The position numbers and the translations under genes were made by a program. The notes below the pieces were generated by a model. The model did not search any database and was not told the origin of the DNA. It saw only the letters and a list, made by a program, of their open reading frames with translations. 64,000 bases of DNA from Bacilli bacterium. GTDB lineage: Bacteria > Bacillota_I > Bacilli_A > RF39 > UBA660. Shown piece after piece: positions 29,949 to 40,826 of this stretch (within the stretch, counting starts at the first letter, position 1; every line of letters begins with the position of its first letter). Where the stretch lies: NCBI GenBank assembly GCA_017934595.1, contig JAGBJG010000002.1, forward strand, positions 68,877 through 132,876. Reading direction: 5' to 3'.

Positions 29949-30578
29949 ATGAAAATGAAAAAAAGATGGTTTGCATGTGCAATATGTGTTGTACTATTTA
30001 TAGTAATTTTAGTATCAATACTAATGGGAAGAGAGTTATATATTGATAATTTAATTAGAAACATTATTCCAAATTTAAGATTTGATTTCTGTACTAAAAT
30101 AGTAAAGGTACTTACATATCTAGGAGATAAATATTTCATGGTATTATTAGTATTAGCTATATCAGGAATATTATATTTGAAAAAATATAAAGCTCATGCT
30201 TTTGTATCATGTTTAAATTTATTTAATATTGTTATATTAAATAAAGGAATTAAATATTTAGTAAAGAGAGAAAGACCTTTAGATATGTTAATTGAAAAAG
30301 ATGGTTATAGTTTCCCTAGTGGACATTCTATGTTATCAATTGGTGTATATGGTTTATTAATCTATTTTATATGTAAGAGCAATATGAGTAAGAAAGTTAA
30401 AACACTACTTGTAACAATTTTATCAATTATAATTGTAATAGTAGGTTATACTAGATTATATTTAGGTGTACATTATCCAAGTGATATCTTTGGTGGATAT
30501 TTAATTACTGCTGCATACTTAATAGTATTCATTAGTATAATAGATACTAAATTATTTAAAAAAGTTGCAAAAAAATAA
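29949..30578 (+). CDS. PAP2-family phosphatase (undecaprenyl-diphosphate/phosphatidate phosphatase-like)
   Basis: The three PAP2 motifs KRERP, PSGH and LGVHYPSD in a polytopic membrane protein. Confidence 0.8.
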   Translation: MKMKKRWFACAICVVLFIVILVSILMGRELYIDNLIRNIIPNLRFDFCTKIVKVLTYLGDKYFMVLLVLAISGILYLKKYKAHAFVSCLNLFNIVILNKGIKYLVKRERPLDMLIEKDGYSFPSGHSMLSIGVYGLLIYFICKSNMSKKVKTLLVTILSIIIVIVGYTRLYLGVHYPSDIFGGYLITAAYLIVFISIIDTKLFKKVAKK

Positions 30579-30619
30579 AAAAGTGATAAAATATTTTAGG
30601 TCATGTGAGGAGGGGTAGT

Positions 30620-30862
30620 ATGAAAGTTGAATTAAATAGAATTGATCGTGTAAAAACAATATTCAAAGAAGATCAATTAAAAATTCAAAATAATACAAAA
30701 GAAAGAGTAAATCAAAATAATTTATCAAAGGATTTACCATTATATGATTTACCTCTTAGAAATCCAAACATTGTATATGATTCTGAAGATGGAATAGTTG
30801 TTAGGAAAGATAACAATATTAATCCGGTAAATGAAAAAATAGAAGATATAAATATAAAGTAG
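30620..30862 (+). CDS. hypothetical protein (80 aa)
   Basis: Strong RBS GAGGAGGGG precedes ATG 30620, whereas the track start is 30605. No family recognised. Confidence 0.4.
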   Translation: MKVELNRIDRVKTIFKEDQLKIQNNTKERVNQNNLSKDLPLYDLPLRNPNIVYDSEDGIVVRKDNNINPVNEKIEDINIK

Positions 30863-30899
30863 AACTCTATTTAGAGTTTTATTTTTTTAAGGAGGATAT

Positions 30900-31628
30900 A
30901 TGAAAGTAGTATTAGTAACAGGGGCCTCAAAAGGAATAGGTAAAGCTATCGCGATTAAATTTGCTAAAGAAGGTTATAATGTTGTAATAAACTATAATAC
31001 TGATTTAGATGGTGCATCTAAAACTTTAGAAGAAGTAAAAAAATATAGTGATGGTATTACTATTAAGTGTGATGTTAGTAATGAGTTAGAAGTAAAAGAA
31101 ATGGTTGATGAAGTAATATCTACATATGGTAATATTGATGTTTTAGTTAATAATGCTGGTATAGCTATTGATTCAGCATTTGATGACAAAAAAATATCTG
31201 ATTTTAAAAGAATATTAGATGTTAATTTAATAGGAACATTTATAGTATCAAGATGTGTAGGCAATATTATGATGGAAAATAAAAAGGGTAGTATAGTTAA
31301 TATTTCTTCTACTAATGGTATTGATACATATTATGAATATAGTCTGGATTATGATGCATCAAAAGCTGGTGTTATATCATTGACTCACAATTTAGCTTCA
31401 CATTATGCTCCATACATAAGAGTTAATGCTATATGTCCTGGTTGGGTTATGACAGATATGAATAAGGAATTAGGCGATGAGTATATTAAAGAAGAAAGTA
31501 AAAATATTAAATTAGGAAGATTTGCTGAACCATCTGAAATAGCTAATGTAGTATATTTTGTGTCTTCAGATGAAGCAAGTTATGTAAATGATAGTATTAT
31601 AAGAGTAGATGGTGGTGAAACTGCATGA
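30900..31628 (+). CDS. short-chain dehydrogenase/reductase, FabG-like
   Basis: TGASKGIGKA, NNAG and a YxxxK (YDASKAG) catalytic motif. Confidence 0.8.
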   Translation: MKVVLVTGASKGIGKAIAIKFAKEGYNVVINYNTDLDGASKTLEEVKKYSDGITIKCDVSNELEVKEMVDEVISTYGNIDVLVNNAGIAIDSAFDDKKISDFKRILDVNLIGTFIVSRCVGNIMMENKKGSIVNISSTNGIDTYYEYSLDYDASKAGVISLTHNLASHYAPYIRVNAICPGWVMTDMNKELGDEYIKEESKNIKLGRFAEPSEIANVVYFVSSDEASYVNDSIIRVDGGETA

Positions 31629-32854
31629 ATAAGAAAGTCATAGAATTAGTAAATAAAGCTGAATTAGAATTAAAAGAAGAATTTAGTAAGATAGATGAAT
31701 TATGCTTTTTTAATAGCGAAAAAGTATTAAAAGCTTTTAAAAATAATCATGTTAGTGAATCATGCTTTAATAGTACAACTGGTTATGGTTATAATGATCT
31801 AGGTAGAGATACAATTGAAAAGATATTCGCTGAAGTATTAGATAGTGAAGATGCATTAGTAAGAAGTCAATTTATATCTGGATCGCATGCTTTAACAGTA
31901 TGTCTATTTGGATTATTAAGACCGGGTGATACACTACTTAGTATATCTGGAAAGCCATATGACACATTAGATGAAGTTATAGGTATAAGAGAAAATCCTA
32001 GTTCATTGAAATCATTTGGTGTTAATTATGAACAAATTGATTTAGTGGATGATGATTTTGATTATAATAAAATAGGTAACTTTATCGAAAAAAATAATGT
32101 AAAAGTTATAGAAATTCAAAGAAGTAAGGGTTATTCAACAAGAAAAAGTCTTACCATTGATAAATTAGAGAAAGTAATAAAATTCATAAAAGAAAAAAAT
32201 AAAAATATTATTATTATGGTGGATAACTGCTATTGTGAGATGGTTGAAAAATTAACACCTACATCTGTTGGTGCAGATATTATGGTAGGTTCTTTAATTA
32301 AAAACTTAGGTGGTGGTATTGCTCCTAATGGTGCTTATATAGCTGGACGTCATGATTTAGTAGAATTATGCGCTGAAAGACTTACATTACCTGGTGAAGG
32401 TAGAGAAGTTGGACCCACTTTAGGTATAAATAAATCAATTTTACAAGGTTTATTTATGGCACCTTCTGTAGTAGCAAGTGCACTTAAAGTAGCTATCTTA
32501 ACAAGTAAGGTTATGGAAGATTTAGGATACAAAGTAGAACCTAAATATAATGATCATAGAGCTGATATAGTACAAAATATTATATTTGAAGATCCAGACC
32601 TTTTAGTTAAATATACTCAAGGTATTCAAGCATATAGTCCGATTGATAGTGACGCTATGCCTATTCCTGCACCTATGCCTGGTTATGATGATGAAGTTAT
32701 TATGGCTGCTGGTGCGTTTACTCAAGGTTCATCAATCGAACTTTCATGTGACGGTCCTATGAGAAAACCTTATATTGCATATCAACAAGGTTCACTTACA
32801 TACGAATATGGTAAATTAGGAGTTATGTCTGCTATCAGTAATATTTTAGAGTAA
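31625..32854 (+). CDS. PLP-dependent enzyme of the aluminium-resistance / YnbB (Met gamma-lyase-like) family
   Basis: 409 aa. GYGYNDLGRD near the N-terminus and GSLIKNLGGGIAP (PLP lysine region), typical of this family from memory. Confidence 0.7.
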   Translation: MNKKVIELVNKAELELKEEFSKIDELCFFNSEKVLKAFKNNHVSESCFNSTTGYGYNDLGRDTIEKIFAEVLDSEDALVRSQFISGSHALTVCLFGLLRPGDTLLSISGKPYDTLDEVIGIRENPSSLKSFGVNYEQIDLVDDDFDYNKIGNFIEKNNVKVIEIQRSKGYSTRKSLTIDKLEKVIKFIKEKNKNIIIMVDNCYCEMVEKLTPTSVGADIMVGSLIKNLGGGIAPNGAYIAGRHDLVELCAERLTLPGEGREVGPTLGINKSILQGLFMAPSVVASALKVAILTSKVMEDLGYKVEPKYNDHRADIVQNIIFEDPDLLVKYTQGIQAYSPIDSDAMPIPAPMPGYDDEVIMAAGAFTQGSSIELSCDGPMRKPYIAYQQGSLTYEYGKLGVMSAISNILE

Positions 32855-32940
32855 TTTGACAATTATTAATAATTATTATAAAATTATAACTGATTTAGGA
32901 GTTTAGCTCCTCTTTTTTAACTAGAAAGAAAGGTGATAAT

Positions 32941-33534
32941 ATGAATTTAATGTTAAAATATCAAGTCGCGATGAATGTATTATGTAATGATATTGATACG
33001 TTAATAAATGAATATGTTAATAAGTATAATTATAACCCAGTAAATCATACTGAACATAGAATTAAGACTTTAAAAAGTGCTTATGATAAACTTGATAGAA
33101 AAGGTTATGAACTTACTGATGCAAATTTATTTGAACAGGTTCGTGATATGGTTGGTTATAGAATAATTTGTAACTTCTTATCTGAAGTTCCTGATGTTGT
33201 TAAAATGATTGAAGGTTCTAAACAACTTAGAATTATTTCTAGAAAAGATTATATTACACATCCAAAAGAGACTGGTTATTTAAGTTACCACTTAATAGTG
33301 GAAGTACCAATATACTTAAGTACAGGTGTTGAATACATTAAAGCTGAAATACAAATTAGAACGTTAGCAATGAACTTCTGGGCTGCCTTAGATCATAAGA
33401 TACAATATAAGTTCCCAGATGAGGCTATTCCACAAGAAGTATCAGATGAATTATATGATATATCCATGAAAGTTAGAGATCTAGATAATCGTATGGTATT
33501 ATTAAATGATATCATGAACAAATATAAAAAATAG
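32941..33534 (+). CDS. small alarmone synthetase (RelQ/RelP-type GTP pyrophosphokinase)
   Basis: RelA/SpoT synthetase core with DMVGYRIICNF, GYLSYHLIV and EIQIRTLAMNFWAALDHKIQYK. Confidence 0.85.
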   Translation: MNLMLKYQVAMNVLCNDIDTLINEYVNKYNYNPVNHTEHRIKTLKSAYDKLDRKGYELTDANLFEQVRDMVGYRIICNFLSEVPDVVKMIEGSKQLRIISRKDYITHPKETGYLSYHLIVEVPIYLSTGVEYIKAEIQIRTLAMNFWAALDHKIQYKFPDEAIPQEVSDELYDISMKVRDLDNRMVLLNDIMNKYKK

Positions 33535-33536
33535 AT

Positions 33537-34178
33537 ATGGCAAAAGAAAAGTTAAAAATTTTATTTGAAGATAAAAATATCTTAGTTTTAGTAAAAGAAG
33601 CTGGACTACTTACTATAGGAACAGCTAAAGAAAGAGAAAATACTTTATATCATAAGGTATTAACTTATTTAAACAAAAAGAATCAGAAAGTATATATTGT
33701 TCATAGGTTAGATAGAGATACTTCAGGAATTATTGTATTCGCGAAATCACAAAAAGCAAAAGAGATACTTCAAAATAATTGGGAAAAAGTTATTAGAAAA
33801 TATTATGCCATTACATATGGTAATATAGATGATAAAGGTACTATTAAAATTAAATTAAATGAATCAAAAACATTCCAAACATATTTAGATAATAAAAATG
33901 GTAAATTATCTATAACAAACTATAAAAAAGTTATAAGTAAAGGTAAGTATAATTTATTAGATATTAATATATTAACTGGTAGAAAAAATCAAATTAGATT
34001 TAGTTTAAGTCATATTGGATCACCTATTGTTGGTGATAAAAAATATGGTGACGCGCCAAATCCATTAAGAAGGCTATGTTTACATGCATATTATCTTGAA
34101 TTTGATCATCCTATAACACATGAACATTTAAAATTTGAAATAGATATACCTAGCTCATTTAATAATTTAATTAAATAA
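33537..34178 (+). CDS. RluA-family pseudouridine synthase
   Basis: Catalytic HRLDRDTSGIIVFAK and GRKNQIR motifs. Confidence 0.85.
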   Translation: MAKEKLKILFEDKNILVLVKEAGLLTIGTAKERENTLYHKVLTYLNKKNQKVYIVHRLDRDTSGIIVFAKSQKAKEILQNNWEKVIRKYYAITYGNIDDKGTIKIKLNESKTFQTYLDNKNGKLSITNYKKVISKGKYNLLDINILTGRKNQIRFSLSHIGSPIVGDKKYGDAPNPLRRLCLHAYYLEFDHPITHEHLKFEIDIPSSFNNLIK

Positions 34179-34241
34179 GAATATGTCATATATTCTTTTT
34201 TATTGTCTTTATATTTGATATAATTGTAATGGTGATACTAT

Positions 34242-36587
34242 ATGAAAATGGATGAAATTATCAAAGATAATACTATCATTATTTCAAATAATCATATTAA
34301 AAAAGAAATATTATTATATTTAAATACTATACCTAATTTATATAGTATATCTTTTATGTCTTTTGATGAAATAGAAAAGCATCTATTTTTTGATTATAGT
34401 AAAAAAACAATCCATTATCTAATGAAAAAAGGTATGCCATATGAGGTGGCAGAAACACTAATTAAAAATATGTATTATGTTTGTGATAAAGTTTACAATA
34501 ATAAGAAACTAGATGAACTAGTCACTTATAAAAAAGAATTAGAAGATAATAAATTATTAATAAGAGATGAATTATTTATAAATTATATTAAAAATAAAAA
34601 CATAGTAGTTTTAGATAAGTATTTAACCAAATATCAAAAGTATATTATAGAAATATTAAAAAAATATACTAATGTTACTATATATGAATATGAGACTAAT
34701 AATTATAGTCATGATATATGTGAATTTAAAACTATTGATAATGAAGTTGAGTATGTCGCGTATTCTATATGTGAACTTATTAATAAAGGGGTTAATATTA
34801 ATAATATTAAAGTAGCTAATCTAGATGATGATTATACAAATGTCATAAAAAGAATATTTGGTTATTTTAATATACCTATTAATTTACCAAGTAAATCATA
34901 CATAATAGGTACTAAAATTGCGAAAGAGTTTTTATCTAACTTTAATAGTGATATTTCTATAACTATAGATTCAATATCTTCATATAAAGGTAATCCAATA
35001 TATGATTTAATCATTGATATAATAAACAAGTATACATTTGTAGATGATTATAATGAAGTATACGATATGATAGTTCACGATTTATCAACTACTTTAGTAC
35101 CACGAAAAAAATATAAAAACGCGATTGAAGTAATAAATTATGATGAAATGTCTCCTAAAGATTATATCTTCTTAATGAACTTTAATTTAAAATCAATACC
35201 CCGCGTATATAAAGATGAAGATTATTTAACTGATAATATTAAGCCAGAATATTTAGATAGTACTAAAGAAAAAAATATACGTGAAAAAGAATTAGTAAAA
35301 GATGTAATTTCAAATGTTAAAAATTTAGTATTAACATACAAATTAGTCACACCAACTGCAGAATTTTATCCAAGTATTTTAGTTAATTCAGCTGTTAAAA
35401 AACCAACAATTGATATTTATAATTCATATTCTAAAATTAATGACAAATTAAAATTATCATCATCAATTGATAAATTAATTAAATATGGTACTAAGGATGA
35501 TTATCTAAATGCACTTTTATATAATTATAAATTAGAAAATAAATATGATAATAAATATCATCAAGTAGATCTAGATAAATTGCATAAATTTATGAATAAT
35601 GAATTATATTTATCTTATACATCTATGGAAAAATATAATGAATGTCCATTCAGATATTATATTGAAAATATCTTAAAATTAAATGTATATGAAGAAAACT
35701 TCGCGGCTATTTTTGGAGATGTTTTCCACCATATTTTGGAGCTTGGATGTACAAAAGAGATAGATATTGATAGTGAAGTAATTAATTATATTGAAGAAAA
35801 GTATCCAAATAGGGTGTTTAGCAAAAAAGAAACCTTTTTTATTGAAAACGCGAAGGAAAATATGAGGACTATTTTAGCTGTAATAGCTAGACAAATGCAA
35901 AAATGTAAACTAGACGTCATAAAAACAGAGGTTCCAGTGTCTATTGATAAGTCAAGAGATGGTATTAAGATTACATTCACTGGTAAGATAGATAAATTAC
36001 TATATAAAGAGTATAATGATAAAACTATTGTAGCTATAATTGATTACAAAACAGGTAATAGTGTTGATATAAATTTGGCTTATAAAAATGAAGGTATAGG
36101 TTTACAACTTCCTATCTATTTATTACTTGCTAAAGAATTAAAATTAAAAGATATAAAGTATGCAGGAATCTATTTACAAAAAGTTATGCCTAATATTGAT
36201 AACTTAGATGAAGTTAAAAGTATTGATGATAAATTAAAATTAGAAGGATATTCTAACTTAGATGATGAAATAATAGGTGATTTAGATATCACGTATACAG
36301 ACAGTTCAGTAATCAAAGGATTAAAGAAAACTGCAACAGGGGAATTTAGAAAAACATCTAAAGTAATGAGTGATATGGAGTTTGAAGAATTAGTTAAATT
36401 AACTAATGATGAAATAGAAAAATGTATAACTAATATCTTAAATGGTAAGTTTGATATCGCACCAGTTAAAGAAGAAGGTAAAGATGATATTAAGGCATGC
36501 CAATTCTGTAAATATAAAGATATATGTTTTATGACTAATAAAGATATTAGAATTATTAAGAAAGATACAGGTGATTTAGATGAGTAA
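34242..36587 (+). CDS. addB: helicase-nuclease AddAB subunit B, compact form (781 aa)
   Basis: C-terminal RecB-family nuclease (IIDYKTG). Fe-S cysteines at CPFRYY and CQFCKYKDIC. Translationally coupled to addA. I saw no P-loop anywhere in the protein. Confidence 0.8.
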   Translation: MKMDEIIKDNTIIISNNHIKKEILLYLNTIPNLYSISFMSFDEIEKHLFFDYSKKTIHYLMKKGMPYEVAETLIKNMYYVCDKVYNNKKLDELVTYKKELEDNKLLIRDELFINYIKNKNIVVLDKYLTKYQKYIIEILKKYTNVTIYEYETNNYSHDICEFKTIDNEVEYVAYSICELINKGVNINNIKVANLDDDYTNVIKRIFGYFNIPINLPSKSYIIGTKIAKEFLSNFNSDISITIDSISSYKGNPIYDLIIDIINKYTFVDDYNEVYDMIVHDLSTTLVPRKKYKNAIEVINYDEMSPKDYIFLMNFNLKSIPRVYKDEDYLTDNIKPEYLDSTKEKNIREKELVKDVISNVKNLVLTYKLVTPTAEFYPSILVNSAVKKPTIDIYNSYSKINDKLKLSSSIDKLIKYGTKDDYLNALLYNYKLENKYDNKYHQVDLDKLHKFMNNELYLSYTSMEKYNECPFRYYIENILKLNVYEENFAAIFGDVFHHILELGCTKEIDIDSEVINYIEEKYPNRVFSKKETFFIENAKENMRTILAVIARQMQKCKLDVIKTEVPVSIDKSRDGIKITFTGKIDKLLYKEYNDKTIVAIIDYKTGNSVDINLAYKNEGIGLQLPIYLLLAKELKLKDIKYAGIYLQKVMPNIDNLDEVKSIDDKLKLEGYSNLDDEIIGDLDITYTDSSVIKGLKKTATGEFRKTSKVMSDMEFEELVKLTNDEIEKCITNILNGKFDIAPVKEEGKDDIKACQFCKYKDICFMTNKDIRIIKKDTGDLDE

Positions 36588-39500
36588 GTGGACAGAAGAA
36601 CAATTAGATGCGATTAAATCATCTGGAACAAATATTATTGTATCAGCAGGTGCTGGTAGTGGAAAAACAGCTGTATTAACTGAAAGAGTTATTACTAAAT
36701 TAGAAAATACTTCAATTGATAAATTATTAGTATTAACATTTACTAATGCTGCAGCAGCTGAAATGAAAGAAAGAATTAGGAAAGCTATTGAAGAGAAAGA
36801 AAACTTAAAATGTCAACTTGATTATATGGATTCAGCTTACATAACTACCTTTGATAGTTTTGCTCATTCTATTGTAAAAAAATATCATTACTTACTTAAT
36901 ATTCCATCTAATATAGAAGTAGTTGATAATACTATTATATCTATAGAAATTAACAGGATAGTTGATGAAATATTTGAAAGAAGTTATGGTGAGGATAAAT
37001 TTAATAAATTTATTTCTTCATATTGTGTAAAAGATGATAATAATCTAAGAGATTTTATTATTAAATTAAACGATAAATTGGATTTAAAAATCGATAAGGT
37101 ATCATATTTAAATGATTATATAAGTAATAATTTTAATGAATCATATATTAATGATTTAGTAGATGAATATACTAAATTTGTTATGGAAAAACGTCTTAAA
37201 TTAATTGATTTATATAATGAATTTACTCCTTATTTGAATGGTAAGCAATTAGATGCATATAAAAACTATGTAAGTAGTATTATAGATAATGATACTTATG
37301 ATGAGATTATTAAACCAGATGGTGTTACCAATCCAATTATAAGAAGATTAGATGAAGAAGCAAAAGAATTAAAAGATAAGATAAAAACTTTAAAAGATAG
37401 TATTAAAAGTGAAAAATATACAAAAGAAGAGCTTAAAAATAACTTATTATTAATTAAAGATAATGTAGAAGTTATTATATCTATTATTAAAGAGTTAGAT
37501 GAAAGATTAACTATATTTAAAAAAGAAAATAATGCTTATACTTTTAATGATATAGCTAAAATGTCTATAGAAATTTTAAATAATGAAGATGTGAGGGAAG
37601 AACTAAAGAATTTCTTTGAAGAAATAATGGTAGATGAATATCAGGATACAAACGACATTCAAGAAGAATTTATAAGTAGAATTTCTAATAACAATGTATA
37701 TATGGTTGGTGATATTAAACAATCAATATATAGATTTAGATATGCCAATCCTAAGATATTTAAAGATAAATATGATAATTATTCTAAAGGTATAAATGGT
37801 AAAAAAATTGATTTACTTAAAAACTTTAGATCAAGAGAAGAAGTACTTAAAAATATAAATACTATATTTGATTATATAATGGATGATAATATAGGAAGTG
37901 CAGAATATAAAAAGTCACATCGTATGGTTCATGGTAATACAATGTATGATTTAAAATATAATACTGATTATAATATGGATATATTATGCTATGATAAAGG
38001 TGATGATTATAAGTATAAAACAAATGCAGAAGTAGAAGCCTTTATAATCGCGAATGATATAAAAAATAAAGTAGAATCAAAATATCAAGTTATAGATAAA
38101 GAAACTAAAAAACTAAGAGATGTTAATTATGGTGACTTTGCGATTATAATGGATCGTGGTAGAGATTTTGATGTATTTTCTAAAATCTTAGAATACAATA
38201 ATATACCTTCAATCGTATGGAATGATGAAAAACTAAATGTAGAAGATGATATTGCTATTCTAAAAAATATTGTTAATTTAATTATTAAAGTAAAGGAAAA
38301 TACTTTTGATAAAGAATTTAAATATTATTTTACTAGTATAGCTAGATCATATTTATTTCAATATGATGATAATAAAATATTATCTATATTTATAGATAAT
38401 AAATTTAAAGATGATATTATATATGTTAAAGCTTTAAAAATAGCAGCTGAATTAGACTATATGACTAATAATGAACTATTAGATAGTATTATTGCTGAAT
38501 TTAATATATATGAAAACTCTATTAAAAATGGTAATGTAGAAGCATCTATGGTTAGATATGATATCTTTAGTAATCTATTTAGTTCATTATCTAAATTAGG
38601 ATATACACCATATGATTTGCCCCTATATTTTAAAAATAGTAAAGATTTAGATATTAAGTATTCCTTAAATACTAAAGTACCTAATAATGTTAATATATTA
38701 AATATTCATAAATCAAAAGGATTAGAGTTTAGTATCTGTTATTATGCTGGAATAAAAAATGGATTTAATAATCAAGATATTAAAGATAAATTTTTATACG
38801 ATTCAGAATATGGTATTATTATTCCTTTTAATAATGGTTTAGGTATTGGAGATACTATTTTAAGAAAACTATATATTAACAAATATAAGAAAGAAGATAT
38901 AAGTGAAAAAATAAGATTATTTTATGTTGCTTTAACAAGAGCAAAGGAACATATGATTATTGTATCTCCTGTATTTAAAAATGAATCAGTATATAAAGAT
39001 ATTGTAGATGATGATGTCAGGTTAAGCTATAAATCAATATATGACATGTTAAACTCAGTAAATTATAATTTAAAAGAGTATATAAAAGATGTTAACCTAG
39101 ATTCCATAGGTATAACAGATGCATATAAATTAGGTAAGGATGGAATACTTCCTGATATCTTTACAAGCGATAAGGAAATAAAACATTTATCTATCCAGAT
39201 ATCTAACGATGAAATAGAAGAAGCGCATTTTTCTAAAAATAGTCATAAATTATATAACAAAGAAGAAATATCTAATATGGAATTTGGTACATATATGCAT
39301 TACTTATTTGAGACAACTGATTTCAAACAATCTAATAATGAATATATAGATAATTTTATTAAACAAATAGATTTAGGATACACTAATATATATAAAGAAT
39401 ATGAATTTATATACGAGGAAGATTCTAAAGAGTATCATGGCGTGATAGATCTTATGTTAGAATATCAAGATCATATTGATATATATGATTATAAATTAAA

Positions 39501-39633
39501 AAATGTATTAGATGATGCATATCAAAAACAATTGTTAGGATATAAAAAATATATAGAAAATAAGACTAAAAAAACAGTTAATACATATTTATATTCGATG
39601 TTTGACACAAAAATACGTAAAATTGAAGAATAA
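36580..39633 (+). CDS. addA: helicase-nuclease AddAB subunit A (UvrD-like helicase + RecB nuclease)
   Basis: AGAGSGKT, VDEYQDTN and a C-terminal GVIDLM...IYDYKLK nuclease motif. Confidence 0.9.
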   Translation: MSKWTEEQLDAIKSSGTNIIVSAGAGSGKTAVLTERVITKLENTSIDKLLVLTFTNAAAAEMKERIRKAIEEKENLKCQLDYMDSAYITTFDSFAHSIVKKYHYLLNIPSNIEVVDNTIISIEINRIVDEIFERSYGEDKFNKFISSYCVKDDNNLRDFIIKLNDKLDLKIDKVSYLNDYISNNFNESYINDLVDEYTKFVMEKRLKLIDLYNEFTPYLNGKQLDAYKNYVSSIIDNDTYDEIIKPDGVTNPIIRRLDEEAKELKDKIKTLKDSIKSEKYTKEELKNNLLLIKDNVEVIISIIKELDERLTIFKKENNAYTFNDIAKMSIEILNNEDVREELKNFFEEIMVDEYQDTNDIQEEFISRISNNNVYMVGDIKQSIYRFRYANPKIFKDKYDNYSKGINGKKIDLLKNFRSREEVLKNINTIFDYIMDDNIGSAEYKKSHRMVHGNTMYDLKYNTDYNMDILCYDKGDDYKYKTNAEVEAFIIANDIKNKVESKYQVIDKETKKLRDVNYGDFAIIMDRGRDFDVFSKILEYNNIPSIVWNDEKLNVEDDIAILKNIVNLIIKVKENTFDKEFKYYFTSIARSYLFQYDDNKILSIFIDNKFKDDIIYVKALKIAAELDYMTNNELLDSIIAEFNIYENSIKNGNVEASMVRYDIFSNLFSSLSKLGYTPYDLPLYFKNSKDLDIKYSLNTKVPNNVNILNIHKSKGLEFSICYYAGIKNGFNNQDIKDKFLYDSEYGIIIPFNNGLGIGDTILRKLYINKYKKEDISEKIRLFYVALTRAKEHMIIVSPVFKNESVYKDIVDDDVRLSYKSIYDMLNSVNYNLKEYIKDVNLDSIGITDAYKLGKDGILPDIFTSDKEIKHLSIQISNDEIEEAHFSKNSHKLYNKEEISNMEFGTYMHYLFETTDFKQSNNEYIDNFIKQIDLGYTNIYKEYEFIYEEDSKEYHGVIDLMLEYQDHIDIYDYKLKNVLDDAYQKQLLGYKKYIENKTKKTVNTYLYSMFDTKIRKIEE

Positions 39634-39691
39634 ACATTATATTAACTTGCAAAAAAGTTACTTTTATCTTATAATTTAAATGGTGATGCAC

Positions 39692-40021
39692 ATGGCACGT
39701 GATAGAGAATTAGCTATAACGCTTATCAATGATAAGTTAAATAATAAGACTACTCTAAACTATAAAGAAATTTCTGAATTAAGTGGTTTTCATCCTAAAT
39801 ACATATTAAAACTAAAAAAAGAAATACTTGATGGTACTATTTCATATGTACATGGTAATAAAAATAGAAAACCTATTAACGCTATTTCAGAAGCAGAAGA
39901 AATGCAAATCGTTAATTTATACAAAAGATCAAATGCCAGTGTTAAAAAATTCGCGAAGTTTTATGGGAAACGAAGTTATTCGTGCATCTATACTGTATTA
40001 AAAAAACATGAATTAATCTAG
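39692..40021 (+). CDS. orphan HTH protein resembling the N-terminal DNA-binding part of a transposase
   Basis: YVHGNKNRKPINAISEAEEMQIVNLYKR resembles the HGN.G..P.N...I..LY segment preceding rve domains in some IS transposases (from memory). No catalytic domain follows. Hairpin terminator at 40015-40043. Confidence 0.4.
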   Translation: MARDRELAITLINDKLNNKTTLNYKEISELSGFHPKYILKLKKEILDGTISYVHGNKNRKPINAISEAEEMQIVNLYKRSNASVKKFAKFYGKRSYSCIYTVLKKHELI

Positions 40022-40043
40022 TTATTTTATAACTAGATTTTAA

Positions 40044-40072
40044 TTGCCAAAATTTACCATTTGTGATATATT
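40044..40072 (+). promoter_or_regulatory. candidate promoter of the LytTR regulator / kinase operon
   Basis: TTGCCA (40044-40049), a 17-nt spacer, then TG-extended TATATT (40067-40072). Confidence 0.4.
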
Positions 40073-40124
40073 TATAAAGGTGTAAGTATAGGACAAATCT
40101 TTTATAGAAAGTAGGATACGATTT

Positions 40125-40826
40125 ATGTTAGAATTTGTCATATGTGATGATGCAGTAGAGACTTTAAAAAATGTCAAAAATATCATTAATAGTATAATGA
40201 AAGACTATAGTTATAAATATAATATAGTAACATTTGGTGATTATGATAGTAAATTTGACTCTTATTTAGCGAACAATAAAAAGGCAGTAGTCTATATATT
40301 AGATATAGAAATGCCATCTGATTCGGGAATAAATGTTGCTAAGCATATTAGAAATATTGATAAAGAAAGTATAATAATTATATTAACTTCACATCATGAA
40401 AGTGCGGATGAAATTTATAAAGGAAGATTAAATATTCTTACTTTTATATCTAAATATGATGAATGTAATGATAATATGAAATTAGCCATTAAGGAATCGT
40501 TATTATATTTAGTAAAAGATGATGATACAATCAGTTTTACTGATATGGGTAATAAGTATACTATATCTGCTATGGACATTTTACATGTTACAAAAAATGG
40601 TAGAAAAACTTTAATTAAGACTAATCAAACGGAATATGAGGTGTATACTTCCTTAGATAAAATGAAAAGTATATTACCTAATTATTTCAAACAAAGCCAT
40701 CGTGCTTGCTTAGTAAATATGAGAAGAGTAAGCAAAGTGTCACTTCCTAAAAAGACCATATACTTTGATAATGGAGATAGTATAGATTATGTAGGGGATA
40801 AATATAGGAAGGAGTTGATTGGATGA
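40125..40826 (+). CDS. LytTR-family response regulator (AgrA-like)
   Basis: Receiver domain (ICDDA, ILDIEMP) plus a C-terminal LytTR DNA-binding domain (HRACLVNMRRV). Confidence 0.85.
   Translation: MLEFVICDDAVETLKNVKNIINSIMKDYSYKYNIVTFGDYDSKFDSYLANNKKAVVYILDIEMPSDSGINVAKHIRNIDKESIIIILTSHHESADEIYKGRLNILTFISKYDECNDNMKLAIKESLLYLVKDDDTISFTDMGNKYTISAMDILHVTKNGRKTLIKTNQTEYEVYTSLDKMKSILPNYFKQSHRACLVNMRRVSKVSLPKKTIYFDNGDSIDYVGDKYRKELIG

Noticed and set aside
32855-32940. Possible leader or attenuator (AGGAG-TTTA-GCTCCT + T run) upstream of the alarmone synthetase gene
   Set aside because: The stem is only 4-5 bp. That is too weak to call a riboswitch or attenuator from sequence alone.
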